From: Marsupella aquatica | Taxonomy: Eukaryota; Plantae; Marchantiophyta | Direction: 5' to 3' | Assembly (NCBI GenBank): GCA_973895155.1 | Contig: OZ316893.1 | Span: 23,768,015 to 23,832,014, forward strand | Length of the DNA: 64,000 nucleotides | In this document: piece by piece, positions 1-13,281 of the stretch | Layout: each line of letters opens with the position of its first letter | Position numbering within the stretch: the stretch's first letter is position 1 | The notes under the pieces: model-generated | What the model saw: the letters and a program-made list of their open reading frames with translations, nothing else | The model's database searches: none | Told to the model about the DNA's origin: nothing | Made by a program: the position numbers and the translations under genes

Positions 1-149
1 GATTTGCGTAAGCTGGGCCCAATAAAGAACCTTACATTCACGATACCCATCGACATTTCATGGTATTCATTGGCAATATGACTGGATGGTTTTTGATGCA
101 ATTCATCTTGGGACGCCAGACATTTTTAATACCCCATTGGTAATACGTG

Positions 150-960
150 AGGATCCCCCAATACCCCACAATACATAGGCGTTACATCATGAATCCCCAC
201 TTCATCGTAGGCAATTTGGACGATGCGGATGCACATTATCTTGGAATTTGATGATGCGGATGCAATTTGAGGCAGCAAGAAGCCTGGAATCAAAAATACC
301 CTACAAATACCCCACGGTATGCAGGTAAAATGCACAAGTAATCCCCGCTTCGACATAGGAAATCTGGACGGTGAAGATGCATATCATCCTGCAAACCTCC
401 AAGGCTGTTAGCGAAGCCACCTGGAGAGTGGCAATTGGAAGTGGCATACCAAATACCCCAACGATACCCCAGGGTATGCGGGTAATGTGCACACAGAACC
501 CTCACTTTACAACAGGAAATTTGGATGGTGGAGATGCATATCATCCTACACACCTCCAGGGCTGCCAGTGAGGCCACCTGGAGAGCGGCCATTGGACGCT
601 GACAACCCAAATACCCCAGAGATACACTAATGTATGCGGGTAATATGCACACGGAATCCCCACTTAGCCACAGCAAAGTTGGACGGTGGAGATGCATATC
701 ATCCTGCGCACCTCCAGGGCTGCCAGCGAAGCCACTTGGAGAGCGGCAATTGGACGCTGACATCCCAAATACCCCAGCGATACCCCACGGGTATGCGGGT
801 AATATGCGCACGGAATCCCCACTTTACCACAGCAAAATTGGATGGTGGAGATGACTATCATCCTACACACCTCAGCGAAGCCACTTGGAGAGCGGCAATT
901 GGACGTTGACATCCCAAATACCCCAGCGATACCCCACGGTATGCGGGTATTATGCACACG
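150..960. repeat. Tandem array of ~158-bp units (about 5 copies, first and last degenerate)
   Basis: Motif GATGCATATCATCCT (or variant) recurs at 376, 533, 691, 850; CCAAATACCCC...GGTATGCGGGTAAT recurs with the same period. The overlapping short ORFs are just translations of the repeat. Confidence 0.9.
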
Positions 961-1949
961 GATGTTGCGGAGAGCGCGACCATCCAAGGACCTGGATTAT
1001 GCCAACTGCCTCCGGCTTATACAAATAAACACGCAAATGTGGGGAAATGCGGAGGCGCTAAACCCTTCTGTAGTTGGGTATATTACGGGAAACGCCCCAA
1101 ATGTCACGCCTGTGGGACACATAGGCAAATTACCCCAGGGAAACGTCAAACTGCTAGAAGTATCAAATCCCTCGTTATGTATGGGAAAGCATGGGTATTT
1201 TCAACCAAATTCCCTAAGATGTCCGGAATCCCCACTTCTTTGTTATGGTACACTGATTCACCAAGTCAGGTGGGGAAATCCCCAACTCCTCGACCATGCA
1301 TATCCTCCTTGTGAGATCTCTTGTAATCAAGTACTTAGGTTATATGATATTCTAGTCATAAAGTTGTCATATCAGTGCTTTCTATATTGCAACAGGGTGT
1401 CAATTCCTCCAAAACTTAATTTATCATTGATTGTATTCATTAAAATTTAGATTGTTAATATGAGTTTAATTGTGTGTAATTCTGGAATTTGCAAACGTGT
1501 GTGGGTACAGTTAAGTTCAGAACGTAACTAAGGTGCGTGCAATTTGGAAGCATTATTTTACTTGATTTCAATTAAGAAGTGGTACAACCATATGCCCGCG
1601 CGTGGCCCATCCCCGGGCCCATCCCCCAGAAAGTTTGAATGCATTACACTGATTCACCTGTGCTCTTCTGAAAAGCCCGCTAAGATTAATTTCCCAATAT
1701 TTGGCTTTTCAAAAGCTTAACCCTAAACCCTTGTGCAAACAGTTTAAGCTCACCATAACATTAAGCTGGGTTTTTTCATCCAAAACGAACCAAATAAGTC
1801 AAATATTACTTCCATCGAAACTGTACGAGTTGTGTATATATGCTACTAGCTATAGTCATTGCGTACAGTGAAGAAGTAAGTCGATAGTCTTGGCTGTGAA
1901 GCCGGGTATTAAGCCTCTTTATCATACTTAGGAGTCTTGAATCAACTTG

Positions 1950-4900
1950 AAATCCTTTTGGTTATGTAAGGAAGTCTATCGTGCTTATTGAGCAACCAGA
2001 GTTGAAGTAAATATATGAGTCTCCAGGTGTGTCATCTATTAATAGATTTTGTGCATGGATTCCTAGCTCTTGAAGGACTCTAGATGTAAGCCCCTGTAGT
2101 GTAGCTCGTGCACTGGCCCTAGCCTTCAAAGAGCTAGCTCTTGAAGAGATACTGTCTTTTACGTATGCTTCTAGCTTACAAGGACCCACTTATGAGAAGC
2201 ATATATATACCTAATATCTAAAAGAGCATGCTTTAGTTGCTCTTTATGAACTGCAATCACTAACGTACTCATATTGGACCTAATTAAGAGAGCTTCTCCA
2301 ATTGATCTGAAAAATTATTAGATCTTATCCGTCGAACGCAGGGGCATCTCTTTCAAAATATCTTAGGTCGACCACATGCAATTCATGTCAAAAAATTAAT
2401 TTAGTGGGCCCGTTAATTAGTGGGTCGTCCTTATATATTCTCCACCTAATTCCTCTACAGTAGTTAAAGTAGGTACATGATCATTCACGTGATTGTGACA
2501 CCTGGAGATCGATTGTAGAGGCGTATGAGGCATGGGTGTGGCCCCATCAATCATATATTCCTAGCAATTAATATCTCAAAATTGAGTAAAAGGCCGGATC
2601 TCTAATGTGTTTTTTTATCAAATTAGGAATATCACTACTACGGACTACTCTCTTGCCTGAAACAATTCAGACATGTTCAAGGAAGAAATTACACCAGCTC
2701 AAATTGTGCCACCTCCAACCCCGCCTCCAACAAAGAAGAAAACAGTATACAAACATTCGCCAATAGTCCAATCTTATTGCTTATTTGCAACAGCTATCAG
2801 TATGATGTTTTATTCAAGCTAATTGTACTATGTACGTACTCTCACCGCACATGGTGCAAGGAAACCAATACACTTGTACACTAATTGCCCTTAAGTGCCC
2901 TTTTTGAGTATGTCTTGTTTTGTGTCGGTCGTATAGCGCCCCAACACATGAAGGAAGGGCTGAAGAAACCGGTCCAAGACTTAACATAAGTAATTCATTG
3001 TTCTCGCAATAAATTTTACACATAGATTAAAAGTACTATGGAGCATTGAGCTAATTAACTTATCTATATACATCAGAAGCCTTAAGTAATGTACCTCGGG
3101 GACTACCTCTTGCTATGACCACTTTATCCTTTTGCCGAATCTGCTTAACTACATTCAGGATCGATTCACCACTCTCATTTTGGTTTAGCTATATGCAACA
3201 ATCCCCGGCCATGCAAAAGTATCGGCCTTCCTTGTTGGTGAAGACATATTGGTGTCTCTTCCTTGGTGGCCGGCTCCATTTCTTAATGGAACTGACTTGT
3301 AGTTGCATACATACCTGAACGGTATACCAAATCTTCTTTCTTCAACTAATGTAAAAAAGTTTGAGCTTAATATTAAATTCCCTATAATTATTTCACACCT
3401 CCAATCAGAGACGGCGGGAATAAAAGATGAGATTAGAACTAATGTATACATGTCATTAAAATTGGTCCTAACTGAGCACGTTATATTTCTGAGAAATGGA
3501 TCCCCTTAAGTTGAGGGAATTTCTGATCAATGCCAGTAAAAAAACTCTTAATACAGGGAGTTAATATTAATTTAGAAAGTCAGTCCATATCGCTCATGGC
3601 TTAACTTGTAAATGAACGCGGATGTCTTGATAAGAAGGCTGAGATCAAGCAAGGATGCATCTCAAGCGTAATTATTTATCTTTTGATGGACATGTTCATA
3701 TATAACCTGTTTAATTACTTAACTAACATGGAAGAGTTGCATACCTGAGGTAATTTTGATGCATATTATAGGTCGCAGATTCTGAATTAATTGCTCCAGT
3801 TCAAAAATCAAATCATTCACTAAATGGTTTCTTGGAACTTTTCTTTTTACACAACGAAGGTAGGTTGTAATGTTTTGATTATTTTTGCCATTAGAGAATC
3901 GAACTGTTAAGTCAGTTAGGCTAAGTAAGCTTATCACCTTAGATCACCCAGCTGCGCCTTAAGCTTAGGAGCAGTGCTTGTCGCGCGTCTTTACTTTCAA
4001 TTTCTCTCCCTTGCGTGGATTCTTTTTGCTGGGCTCCACCTCGCTGGTCCCAGCAGTTTAGTAGGTTAAATCACATGGTTCCTACTGAAATCAAGCTAAG
4101 GTGACAGTTTGAGTTTTAATTTACTTTATCTAACGGTTTGATCTGAATACGTACTTCCTCCGATCCCCAGGTACAATGATTATGAGCTCTTCTACAGTAG
4201 CTTATCTAGTCATGAAACCGAAACAGTGATTACATGTGATCTGGAAATCCATCCAAGGTACTCAGCCCAAAAACTGGGAGCCCCAAACTAACTATTTGAT
4301 GGGCACAATCAATAAGCCCCAACTAAGAGGTTGGTGACCAAGATAACAGCCTTGTCCTTCCTACATGATACATCCTTCATTAATCTACTGAAAATACAAT
4401 TTCATCTGATTGACTTATAGGTGTTCTAAGAGCTATATATACATGCTTTTCTTCAGCAGGTAATGAGCGGGGTAGGCAGAAGTCACAATCAACTTATAAG
4501 AATAACAATTACATTTATCAGCTGGAAACTGCAAACCCCGCAGAACAATCCTTAGTGGCACTAAATGTATACTCGATCTTTGATAAGTCAATTGCAGGAA
4601 CGGAAGTGAGGTTACTCTTGTCGAATATGGCAGAATTAATAAGCGTACGTTGATACTATCAGTCTTTGCAATGTATATGTTCTATTTTACTGAATTTGCC
4701 CATTCCAGGCCTCATGCATGTCTCTCTTGTTCTCACTCTCTCCCTCTCTCCCTCTCCCCCTCTCTGTCTCCGTCTGCATATCTCAGGTTTCCCATCGATC
4801 GATCTACACGTGCATCCTCGAGACCTAAAGAATATTAATTCTGAGATGCCCTCACATATGAAACTTCTTGCGAAGCTTAACGCTCGGCTAAAAGGTTCTT

Positions 4901-7900
4901 ACCCCTATGAGCTAGTTCCATAGGTGATGCGTAGGGTTCCATTGAGGCAGCTAGTGACCATTTAGATCTTAGTTTATCTGATCGATATTAGCTAATAGTT
5001 GTTGTGCCGAGGTTTTGCCATAGATGTCCGTCTATAAGAATTAACACAGAGAGTATAGGTTTGCTTTATGAGGGGAAATAGTTTGGCTATGTTATATTTT
5101 AGATGAGTGTTGTTATTGTGAATATATTGCAATTAAAAAAATCCCTAACTCGTTCTATGGACTAGTTTCTCTGGCTGTACTGTGCAGTGGACTATGCAAA
5201 AGCAAACGTCCAAGCGTAATTAATAACTAGGATTGATCTCTAGTAGCTCATCAGCATTGTAAGTAGCAATCACTGGGCTAGACTGGCCGGGAAGGATAAT
5301 GATTACAGTCGAGCCCCCAAACACCCCTTTCATCCCTGTAAAGGATTAAAAACAAGCTAGGTGACCACGAGAACGACTGTAGCTACGACCCATAAATGGC
5401 TCTAACCGTCCTTAATTAATACACCTTTACATAAGCGCGGACTACTAACTACTAGATAATGGTTGGTTAACTTATGCGTCGTTAGAGTGGTCTCTCCACT
5501 CCATCAGCCAGAATGATTATCATCAAGCCTTGCTAGATGCTAGAGGAATCGAAACTATTTAACGAGCTGGCTGCATACTCGCATAAAGGTCTTGGTCAAT
5601 ATGTTTTCGAGGAGTTGAGGCTCCGTAATAAGAGGGAGGTAACCGGGGAGTATAGGATGGGAATCACCAGCAGCTGACGTGGGACATAAGATGTGAGTTA
5701 GCAACACTAGGGTACGTGAATCAAAATTCAGGGTGGTGGAATACGTCCCTGGTAGGCGACCACTCTGGCATGGAGGGTGAATACGGGGCCGAAGGTGACC
5801 ATCCACCATGCGGGTGAGAAGGAGAGTATTCCCTGCTGCGGGGTCGTCTGCGTTGGCGGCCAGGACGGTGACTACTATTCACTGATGAAGGCGAGGATGG
5901 AGACCCATTGCTCCTGTGGCCTCTAGATGCATTTTCTCTGAATAGATAACAAATTACGATTAGAAAGGAAGTTCTTTTAAGCGTCCTTCACTTGGGATCC
6001 ATGTAAGGAGTATCCTGCACTTTTTACCCATTCATTCTCAATTGACAAATGGGACCATACTTCCTTCAGTTACCACCCTGTGAAAGATGAGAATTATTAT
6101 ATTTATATCAAATGAATGCAGTAGTTTCGGACTAGTGTGTATATAAGTTTCAAATTACAGTCCAAGTTGATATACATCTAAGACAGGCAGGACTAAACCA
6201 TATAAGTCCACAGATCAAGGATCAAAAAAGAACTGAAGGCTGGTTTTAATTTGGATCTTTAATTTAACCTTAGATACTGGTACTCACTGCTTGAAGCTAC
6301 CTGAAAATTACGGGTACAGGAAAAACAATACATGCCTTGGGTCTAGATTTTGCCGGACTCTCGCTCCATCTCCACATCTCCTGGGACGGGTAGACTCCGA
6401 ACTGGCCGTTGAAGATTCGTCTGGTCCACTTCCTGAGTAAGGATCGTAGTTGCAGTAGATTAATTATCGGGTTTCAATATGACTGTTTATAATGTTGTAC
6501 TGCTTAACTTTATTAAAGCTTAGCCTTATACACTCTATACTAGGATCTCAAAAGTCGACAACAGATATATGCTTAACTCGGTAGTATATTGAAGATAGTT
6601 CCTGCTAATCCTCAATTAAGCCAAGGTGGGGACGCAAATGAGTCACCCACCCAATCTTCTTGGCATGCCAAGAGGTGCGTGCCTGTGAACAATTGGATGT
6701 GACGACTGGACATGGTCATCAAAATCTGCATACTGCATTCGTTCTGGCTCTTGTCCAAAGCCCAACCTATCAAATGTTGAAAGTCTATCTGTTCTTGTTC
6801 CCGTTCCTGTTCCTGTGATTTTTTACGTACAGTGGAGGAATTCACAAATTTGTTCATGTACAGTGGAGGAATTCACACATTTGTCCAGGCAAAAGCCATG
6901 GATTTGATCTCGTCATATTTAATGACCAAACTTACAAAATATTATCATTAAGAAAGCAACGCTGACAGCACAGTGTCTGACAAATGCAAATTAAATTAAT
7001 TTCCTGAATGTGGTCATCTAGGGCTTACTACTAAAAGTGAAATTTTGGAACTGGGGTTCACGAGTTGATGAATTGTCCGGTCACCTTAGAATTGAAAATC
7101 ATTAAAAATTTAGCTGCAATCAGAGCTAGAATAGGAATTTTCTGGATTGACATCATTGCATATCCTGGCGCCGCCTGCTTTCAAGTTAGGATGATTTCCT
7201 TGCCTTCAACAGCGAATATTCCCGGAACAGGCTCCAATGGCTGCATCTAGTCCTTGCAATTATCCTACAAGAAATTTAATCTGTACCTGGGCCGGGAGGA
7301 AACCGGGAGCCGGGAACAAATCCTCCATCCAGACGATGTAGCCCGAGCCTGTCTTCTCTTGCTTGTGGGCTGACATCATTGCAATCAGGTATCCCACAAC
7401 CAAGATTGTACCTCTCCCCGTGCCAATGATCCTGATGTAATTTGAATTGCAGTTATCCATGCCAGTACGTATAATTATGGCATCGGAATTATATTGAGAG
7501 TAATTAGTTACATGAAGGTTAGATTAGTTGAAATTAAGTTCAGATGAATGACTTTCTATCTGTTTTAAACTTGATCGCACACTCGACGGACTTCGATTGT
7601 TGTCTTCCGAAAACACTCAATGGATGTTTGACGGGTTCTTCTCCAACAAATAGTGGGCAGCATCTTTGCTTTTCCCCGTAAATAACACTTAACACAAAAG
7701 AATTCGATTTACTTTACGATGAGTTCATTTGCTTTGTCTTCAAAAGTCCTCTAGTTTCAATATTCAGAAAAGAAATTCACCGACTTGGGCAGGCTAGGAC
7801 TGATGCCCAGACGAACCAAGTTCTTTATTTACATTTCCCCAAAACCATTCCTTAATTATGGCAAGTGGAGGTAAAATCTACGCAAGTACCACAATCAACG

Positions 7901-8200
7901 AGAGCTAGACGGCTTACTTTTTCTAGGGCTGGATCACCATACACTCGAGCCATAATACTTTCTACTGATATAAAAAACTCTGCAATGCTTCTGAGCAAAC
8001 CTTAGAACGGAGGTTGATGAGACTCACGTTGTAGCCTGGAAATCTTGCATGGTTACAAGAGACTAGCTAGGGTCTGATAATTTATCAATGCATAGTGGAC
8101 TACATGCCCCAAGCAATGTTCTGACAATTATATTATTCTCAGGTCATCAATGTTAACATATGTTCATCTGTCGAGAGGAATTCCCTTAGCAATAGCAAGC
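1950..8200 (+). mobile_element. Highly eroded repeat region, probably a LINE (non-LTR retrotransposon) remnant
   Basis: No long ORF. Fragments read like LINE ORF2 motifs: IEAASDHLDL (~4940-4970, endonuclease SDH-like) and AVDYAKANVQA*LITRIDL (~5185-5240, resembles the segment before the RT DFxKAYD motif). Boundaries approximate. Confidence 0.3.
4722..4772. repeat. CT-rich microsatellite
   Basis: ctctcttgttctcactctctccctctctccctctccccctctctgtctcc. Confidence 0.7.
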
Positions 8201-9604
8201 CTCTACCTCCATACCGGTATTAGTAAATTAATAATCTTTTAAAGCTCTTTACATTCTTGATTTCAATCAAAGAGTCCCTTCTCCAGTCGTTGGGTTGTGG
8301 GTTGTCTAGTTGACATCAGTTTTGGTCTACATTAGTCCCTTGCCTGATGGTTCGATGGATATTGCGGGGATGAAACCCGATAGTCCGGGGTTGCAGGCCG
8401 GGACCTAGGAGAAAAGGTCCTGTCTGAATATTCGTTTTGCATCTCAGGGTAGTTCCAATCAGCCCTGCTCCTGCTTTGTCCTTCGCTTCTGGCTCGTCTC
8501 TGTCGCGCCCGGGCAGCCATCTCAACCAGCAAAAGATGGGATGGCGAGCAGCTGGCTACCGGAATGGCCAAACTAGGCAACTGGAAACATAGTGCACTCC
8601 ATAGGCTCGTCTGTACCAAGTCACAAAGAAGACCGGCGACAGGGAAGATCCAGTCTCATATGGGGCATAAGACGGGACCGAAAGGGTGTGCCTCTTGGGC
8701 CTTACAAACGGGCATCCTTTTGTAAGAGGTAAGGGAATCCACAGTGAAAAAGTTAGCTGGGTTCGGCAATTTTATCTCCTCACCCCCCAGCGTAATACTT
8801 TCCTTGTCCACAGAGGAAAGCCTGTTGCTGCACCTTCCAAGTTCCAAGCCATCTTCATGAGGCAAGGGTGTTACTATATCTTCCCAGTGGCATGCGTTGT
8901 CCAACTTGCAATCCATTTTCATGTAGACGCAAGGGTATTCCTATATCGTCCTACCGTAGTTGAATACAATGTCCAAGTTGCAAACAGTGTACACTCACAA
9001 CAATGTCCTCAACAAGCCCTCTTTCACCATTCCTAACATAAGAGACGCTCTATAGTAGATACAGCCTCAGCTACTAGTTAGGCAGAGAATGAACCGTAAT
9101 CACCCGCTTGGTTTATACACACTAAGACATACTCCCTGGGCAGATATTCAACCCTCGTTACTTCCTTGGTTCTGTACATAGGCACAGTCACATAGAAATA
9201 CTCTGCTGGTGGTCCACCAGCATACACTGGAGATACACAGAAGTGAAGGGAATGTATGGTAGCACGAGAGGAATGTGTAACTCAGCTCCGTATCCGATTG
9301 GCAACATACACAGGCTTCGAAATAAGACCACTTTCCTTTGGAAAGACACAACTGACTGCTATACAAAATTTGGGGCAATTGTAAAGAGAACAACCTAAAA
9401 AAAATCTTCCGGCAAAATAAAAAATATTTCACATGCTACACTGACTATTCCTGCCTCGAGTGGAGCCACAGTTCCTACTTACTAGTTTTAATTAATTACA
9501 AATGTACAGAAGGACCTCTTGCACCCAATTCTGCGACATGGCTGAAGAGGAGTGCTGTTTGAAGGTTCGACGAAACAATGTTGTTGGTAACAATCTATGA
9601 CAAA

Positions 9605-12600
9605 CTAGCAAACACTCGCGTTCTCCTCTTGAGGTGTGGGAGAACCATTGCTGACATTCGGATTACTCCCATTGTCCCAATACAACCTCTGGAGCTGCTC
9701 CCGCTGGAATTCCAACGCTATCTTGCCGCATGCTTCACCACTGGGTAACAAAGACGCTATATGAGCCTCTGTAAGTTCTGATTTTCTTTTGGACAAAGGC
9801 ACCATCATCGGCATAGCTTCACGTTCAAGAGTAAGCTCTACCAGATCTCCCATCCTCAACTTTTGCTCAAAGTTTTCGACGAATTGGTGATTCACCTTAG
9901 GTCGCAACAATTTTTGAGACGCAAATTTACTAGAAACGGATATGAAATCTCGGTCCGAAGAAATCTTGAGAAGCAAGTCAGCAGCTGTGGAGCCCGGAGT
10001 CAACTCCTGCACAATCATCTGCAGAGGGCCAACACTTCTGTGTGACATACTTTATACTGACAAAACACAATATCCCCCTAAAGTATTCTCCTAGCTTTAA
10101 GCTAACCTCAACAGAGCTCTAGCCATGAGAATTTAGCGAGACTTATTATCATCATCAAAAAGGCAGTAGCAGACGAATTGCAAGGAAATATAGTGAGACT
10201 TACATTTTCATTCTTTAGCATGATGACAAACAATGGATCATCATCACTTTGTGGTGGTAGTGAACAAAAATCTGCATAAGGGCAGCTATCCTTGTGAAAC
10301 GGGAATGGACATGGTGGCTTTAAGTGCGCTTCCAACGGTGATACACGAAGCTTTGTATCCAGAATTTCACTATGCCAAGTGAGAACCCATCTTGCCCATT
10401 CCACCTTTTGCAAGACATAAGAGGAATGTTTGCTATTGTTCTCCTTGTACCTCCAATGGGCAGCTAAACCAAACTCGGCTTGATAATGCATGTCCAAGGT
10501 TCTGATCTGGACTTCCAAAGGATGACCGTCCTCCCCCCATACGACAGTATGAAGGGATTGATATCTGCAAAAACTTGGCAAAACCTTAGACGAAAGTCGA
10601 CAACAAAACAAGGCTGATCTCGAGTAGTAATCCAAACTTGAATCCATTAAGGTAGGCAGGTTTTTACCCATTTGCCTTCGGTTCAGCGATATAATCCTTG
10701 TATTTTTTAGGAGTGTGAGGCCATAAGCTGTGGACAACGTCTAGGGCCGCGTAGCAGCTATCTGTATCTTTGACAATCAAGCGCAATCCTCGAACATCAT
10801 ATATTTCCTCAATGTTGCGCCCTTTTCTGAAGAGGTCACGTCCATTTAGAATTTGAAGTGTTAGATTCTCCATCACATCCTCTTCCAACTCCAGATGGAC
10901 TAACAAAGACATACATTCTAAGCAGAAATAAAGTGGCAGTGCTTGCGACTTACTGTCTGTGTTAGATTCAAGAGCTGTAACAGCTAATCTCCCTTACCTA
11001 ATCATCTTCGAGTAAATGCTGTATAAATTCTTCGGCCGGCCACAAACATCACTAAATTCCACTCCCTCTTTTCGCAAAGCCAACTCCAGTTGCTGAATCG
11101 AAGACATGACCACTCCTTCCTGCCAGCCATCATTAATCTTCGATACCAACTCCTCATATTCTTGAGGTTTCAGGTACCTAAAGCAAATATCTTCCATCTC
11201 AGCTTTCCAACTCCATATACCTAACCTGTTTGCCAGTGGAGCTAAAATTTCAGATGTTTCCTTTGCTATGCGTATTTGTGTAGCTGCAGAAAGAGCCTCC
11301 AGGGTTCGTAAGTTGTGAAGTCGGTCAGCAAGCTTGATCAGAACCACACGAACATCCACCATTGCTAGAAACATCGTCCTGAGGCGATAAGCTTCCTCTG
11401 GATTACCAGCAGTCCCATTGTCCCGGGCCAATTGACTGAAAGCACTCAGCTTTGAGACCTGGCAATACAGAGACTAGTAGATTAGTGGGATTCTTTTGAT
11501 AGTATATTCAATCTTCCTCTGGTACACCACAAACAGCATTTACTACACCAGAGTCGACCTCCAGACATAAAAATAAGGTAACTCACCCCTGAAACGAGGG
11601 ACTCGATTTCGTCTCCAGCCAAGTCCCGGAGTTGCGCTTGGTCCATCGAAGAATCATCGAGGGTGTCGTGCAGCAACCCTGCTGCTACCACTGTGCTATC
11701 TGCTCCAGTACTTGCAAGTAAAATGGCAGTCTCCACACAATGAACCAGATAAAGACTTCCACTCCGTCTTACCTGCAATTGCAACCGCAGAGCGATCAAC
11801 ATCAATCACCAGGGCCGCACTATCCTCCAGATCTAGAGCAAAGGTTCAGTAGCCTCGAACAGCAAACCTTACAATGCCCCAATGCATAATCAAAAGAAAC
11901 GAGTCAGCACGCCAAGCAGATCCATCTTAGGCATACCAACCTCTCATTGACAACTTCTAAGACGCATCCTTGTGGATCCATAAAGACAGCCTAAGGTAAC
12001 ATCGGCTAACAAACAGAACGCAAACAACAAAAACAACAACGCATTACCTACAGAAACTCAAGACGTATAACTTCGACACGAAGCAAACAATCGGAAATTA
12101 CAAAACAAATATTGGAACAGAGCATATGAATGTCATGCCCAGTGAATCATTGAATCTAGCATGGCAGAATCTGAAGACATACTTGACCCCTGTGAGCCTC
12201 CTCAGCGACCCAGAAAGCTTTGACGACGAGTGGGTCGACGAAAATTTTGTGTCGCTCTTGGGCGTCAACAAGAAGCTCTTGTGCAGACAGAGGTAACTTG
12301 GAAGCCCCCGAAGTCAAAGAAGGTCGAGCATGATGTGAAGCAAGCCCAGTAAATGACATCTTCGCTTCCTCAAGCTCCAGGGGTTCTCCATTGATTTTTC
12401 TCATAATAGCCTTACTTGGCACAGTAGACCAAAAAACATTATCATTCCTTAAAAAATAGTGGTCAAACTTCCCCGTCTTATCTTCTGGAGAACTTGAGTT
12501 GCTGCAAGTGGCAGATGATTCAGCACTAACCACTCGCGATTGAACATTAACAGGAGTGGTGTTGCTACCAACTTCGAATCCTACACTCCTTGCCATTGGA

Positions 12601-13178
12601 CTGCGTTCATCAGCTAACAGTACACTCTTCTTGTGAGAGTGACGGTCCAAGTGAGGATCAAGAGGAGGTAGGCCAGGGGTACTCGAGACGCCGTCCCAAC
12701 CAATCAATGAGTGTTTTAATGAGGTTTGATGGCTGTTCCGCGGAACAGGCCCCTGAAGGACAGAAACTGGGCTACGCTCCTTCAGCATAAATGAAGGTCC
12801 ATTTGGAACACTGGCAGACCCTCCACGGCCGTCAATACGATCCCAATTCCCAACATAGTGACTCAAACTATCCTGTGAGGAGCTACGCACCATTCGGCTC
12901 AAATTATCTTGTGAGGAGCTGCGAACCATTCCTGAAGTGCTGGCAAATGAGCAATCCAATCCATCACTCACTGAACAAGGAGACTGTGCTGGTGGTCTAT
13001 TACTCGCAAACAGACCAGACAACCCCCCGACCACAGGCCGGGCTGCTGAGCTGTGATGATGCACGGGCCGTAAGTGGGTATCAACATCACTGTGTGTAGC
13101 AGGGGAATTGCTCAAAGAATATTGAGTAGACCACGCCGCTGCCGGGGGCGAACTGGAGTACAGAGCAATCCCAGCCAT
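9605..13178 (-). CDS. RSH3: Plastid RelA/SpoT homolog, (p)ppGpp synthetase/hydrolase, RSH2/RSH3 clade. Coding exons 13178-12183, 11772-11587, 11458-10998, 10826-10668, 10564-10204, 10018-9605
   Basis: Ser-rich N-terminus MAGIALYSSSPP (transit-peptide-like); HD domain AHRGQ|VRRSG...AAGLLHDTLDD and IKLADRLHNLRTL; synthetase motifs GRPKNLYSIYSKM, DVRGLRLIV, KDYIAEPKANGYQSLHT, EVQIRT...AEFGLAAHWRYKE; C-terminal CPFPFH and KLRMGDLVEL. All introns GT-AG and in frame. Confidence 0.95.
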
Positions 13179-13281
13179 GGGCAAACACTACTTCCCTACC
13201 TCTCGCAGCTCGACACTTCACGGTCTTGAAGTCTGGACACCAAAACACATCAATCAAAGCAAAGTTAGGTACTGCTTCCAT
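13087..13281 (-). promoter_or_regulatory. Out-of-frame uORF (64 aa) overlapping the RSH start codon
   Basis: ATG at 13281 in gcccATGG context, downstream of a probable leader-intron acceptor (~13339); reads MEAVPNFALID...CYTQ* and ends inside the RSH CDS. Confidence 0.5.

Noticed and set aside
126-1450. Cluster of overlapping ORFs at the window start
   Set aside because: Products of the 158-bp tandem repeat and its flank; no recognisable protein family.
8316-9432. Short ORFs downstream of the RSH stop
   Set aside because: No homology recognised; more likely a long 3' UTR.
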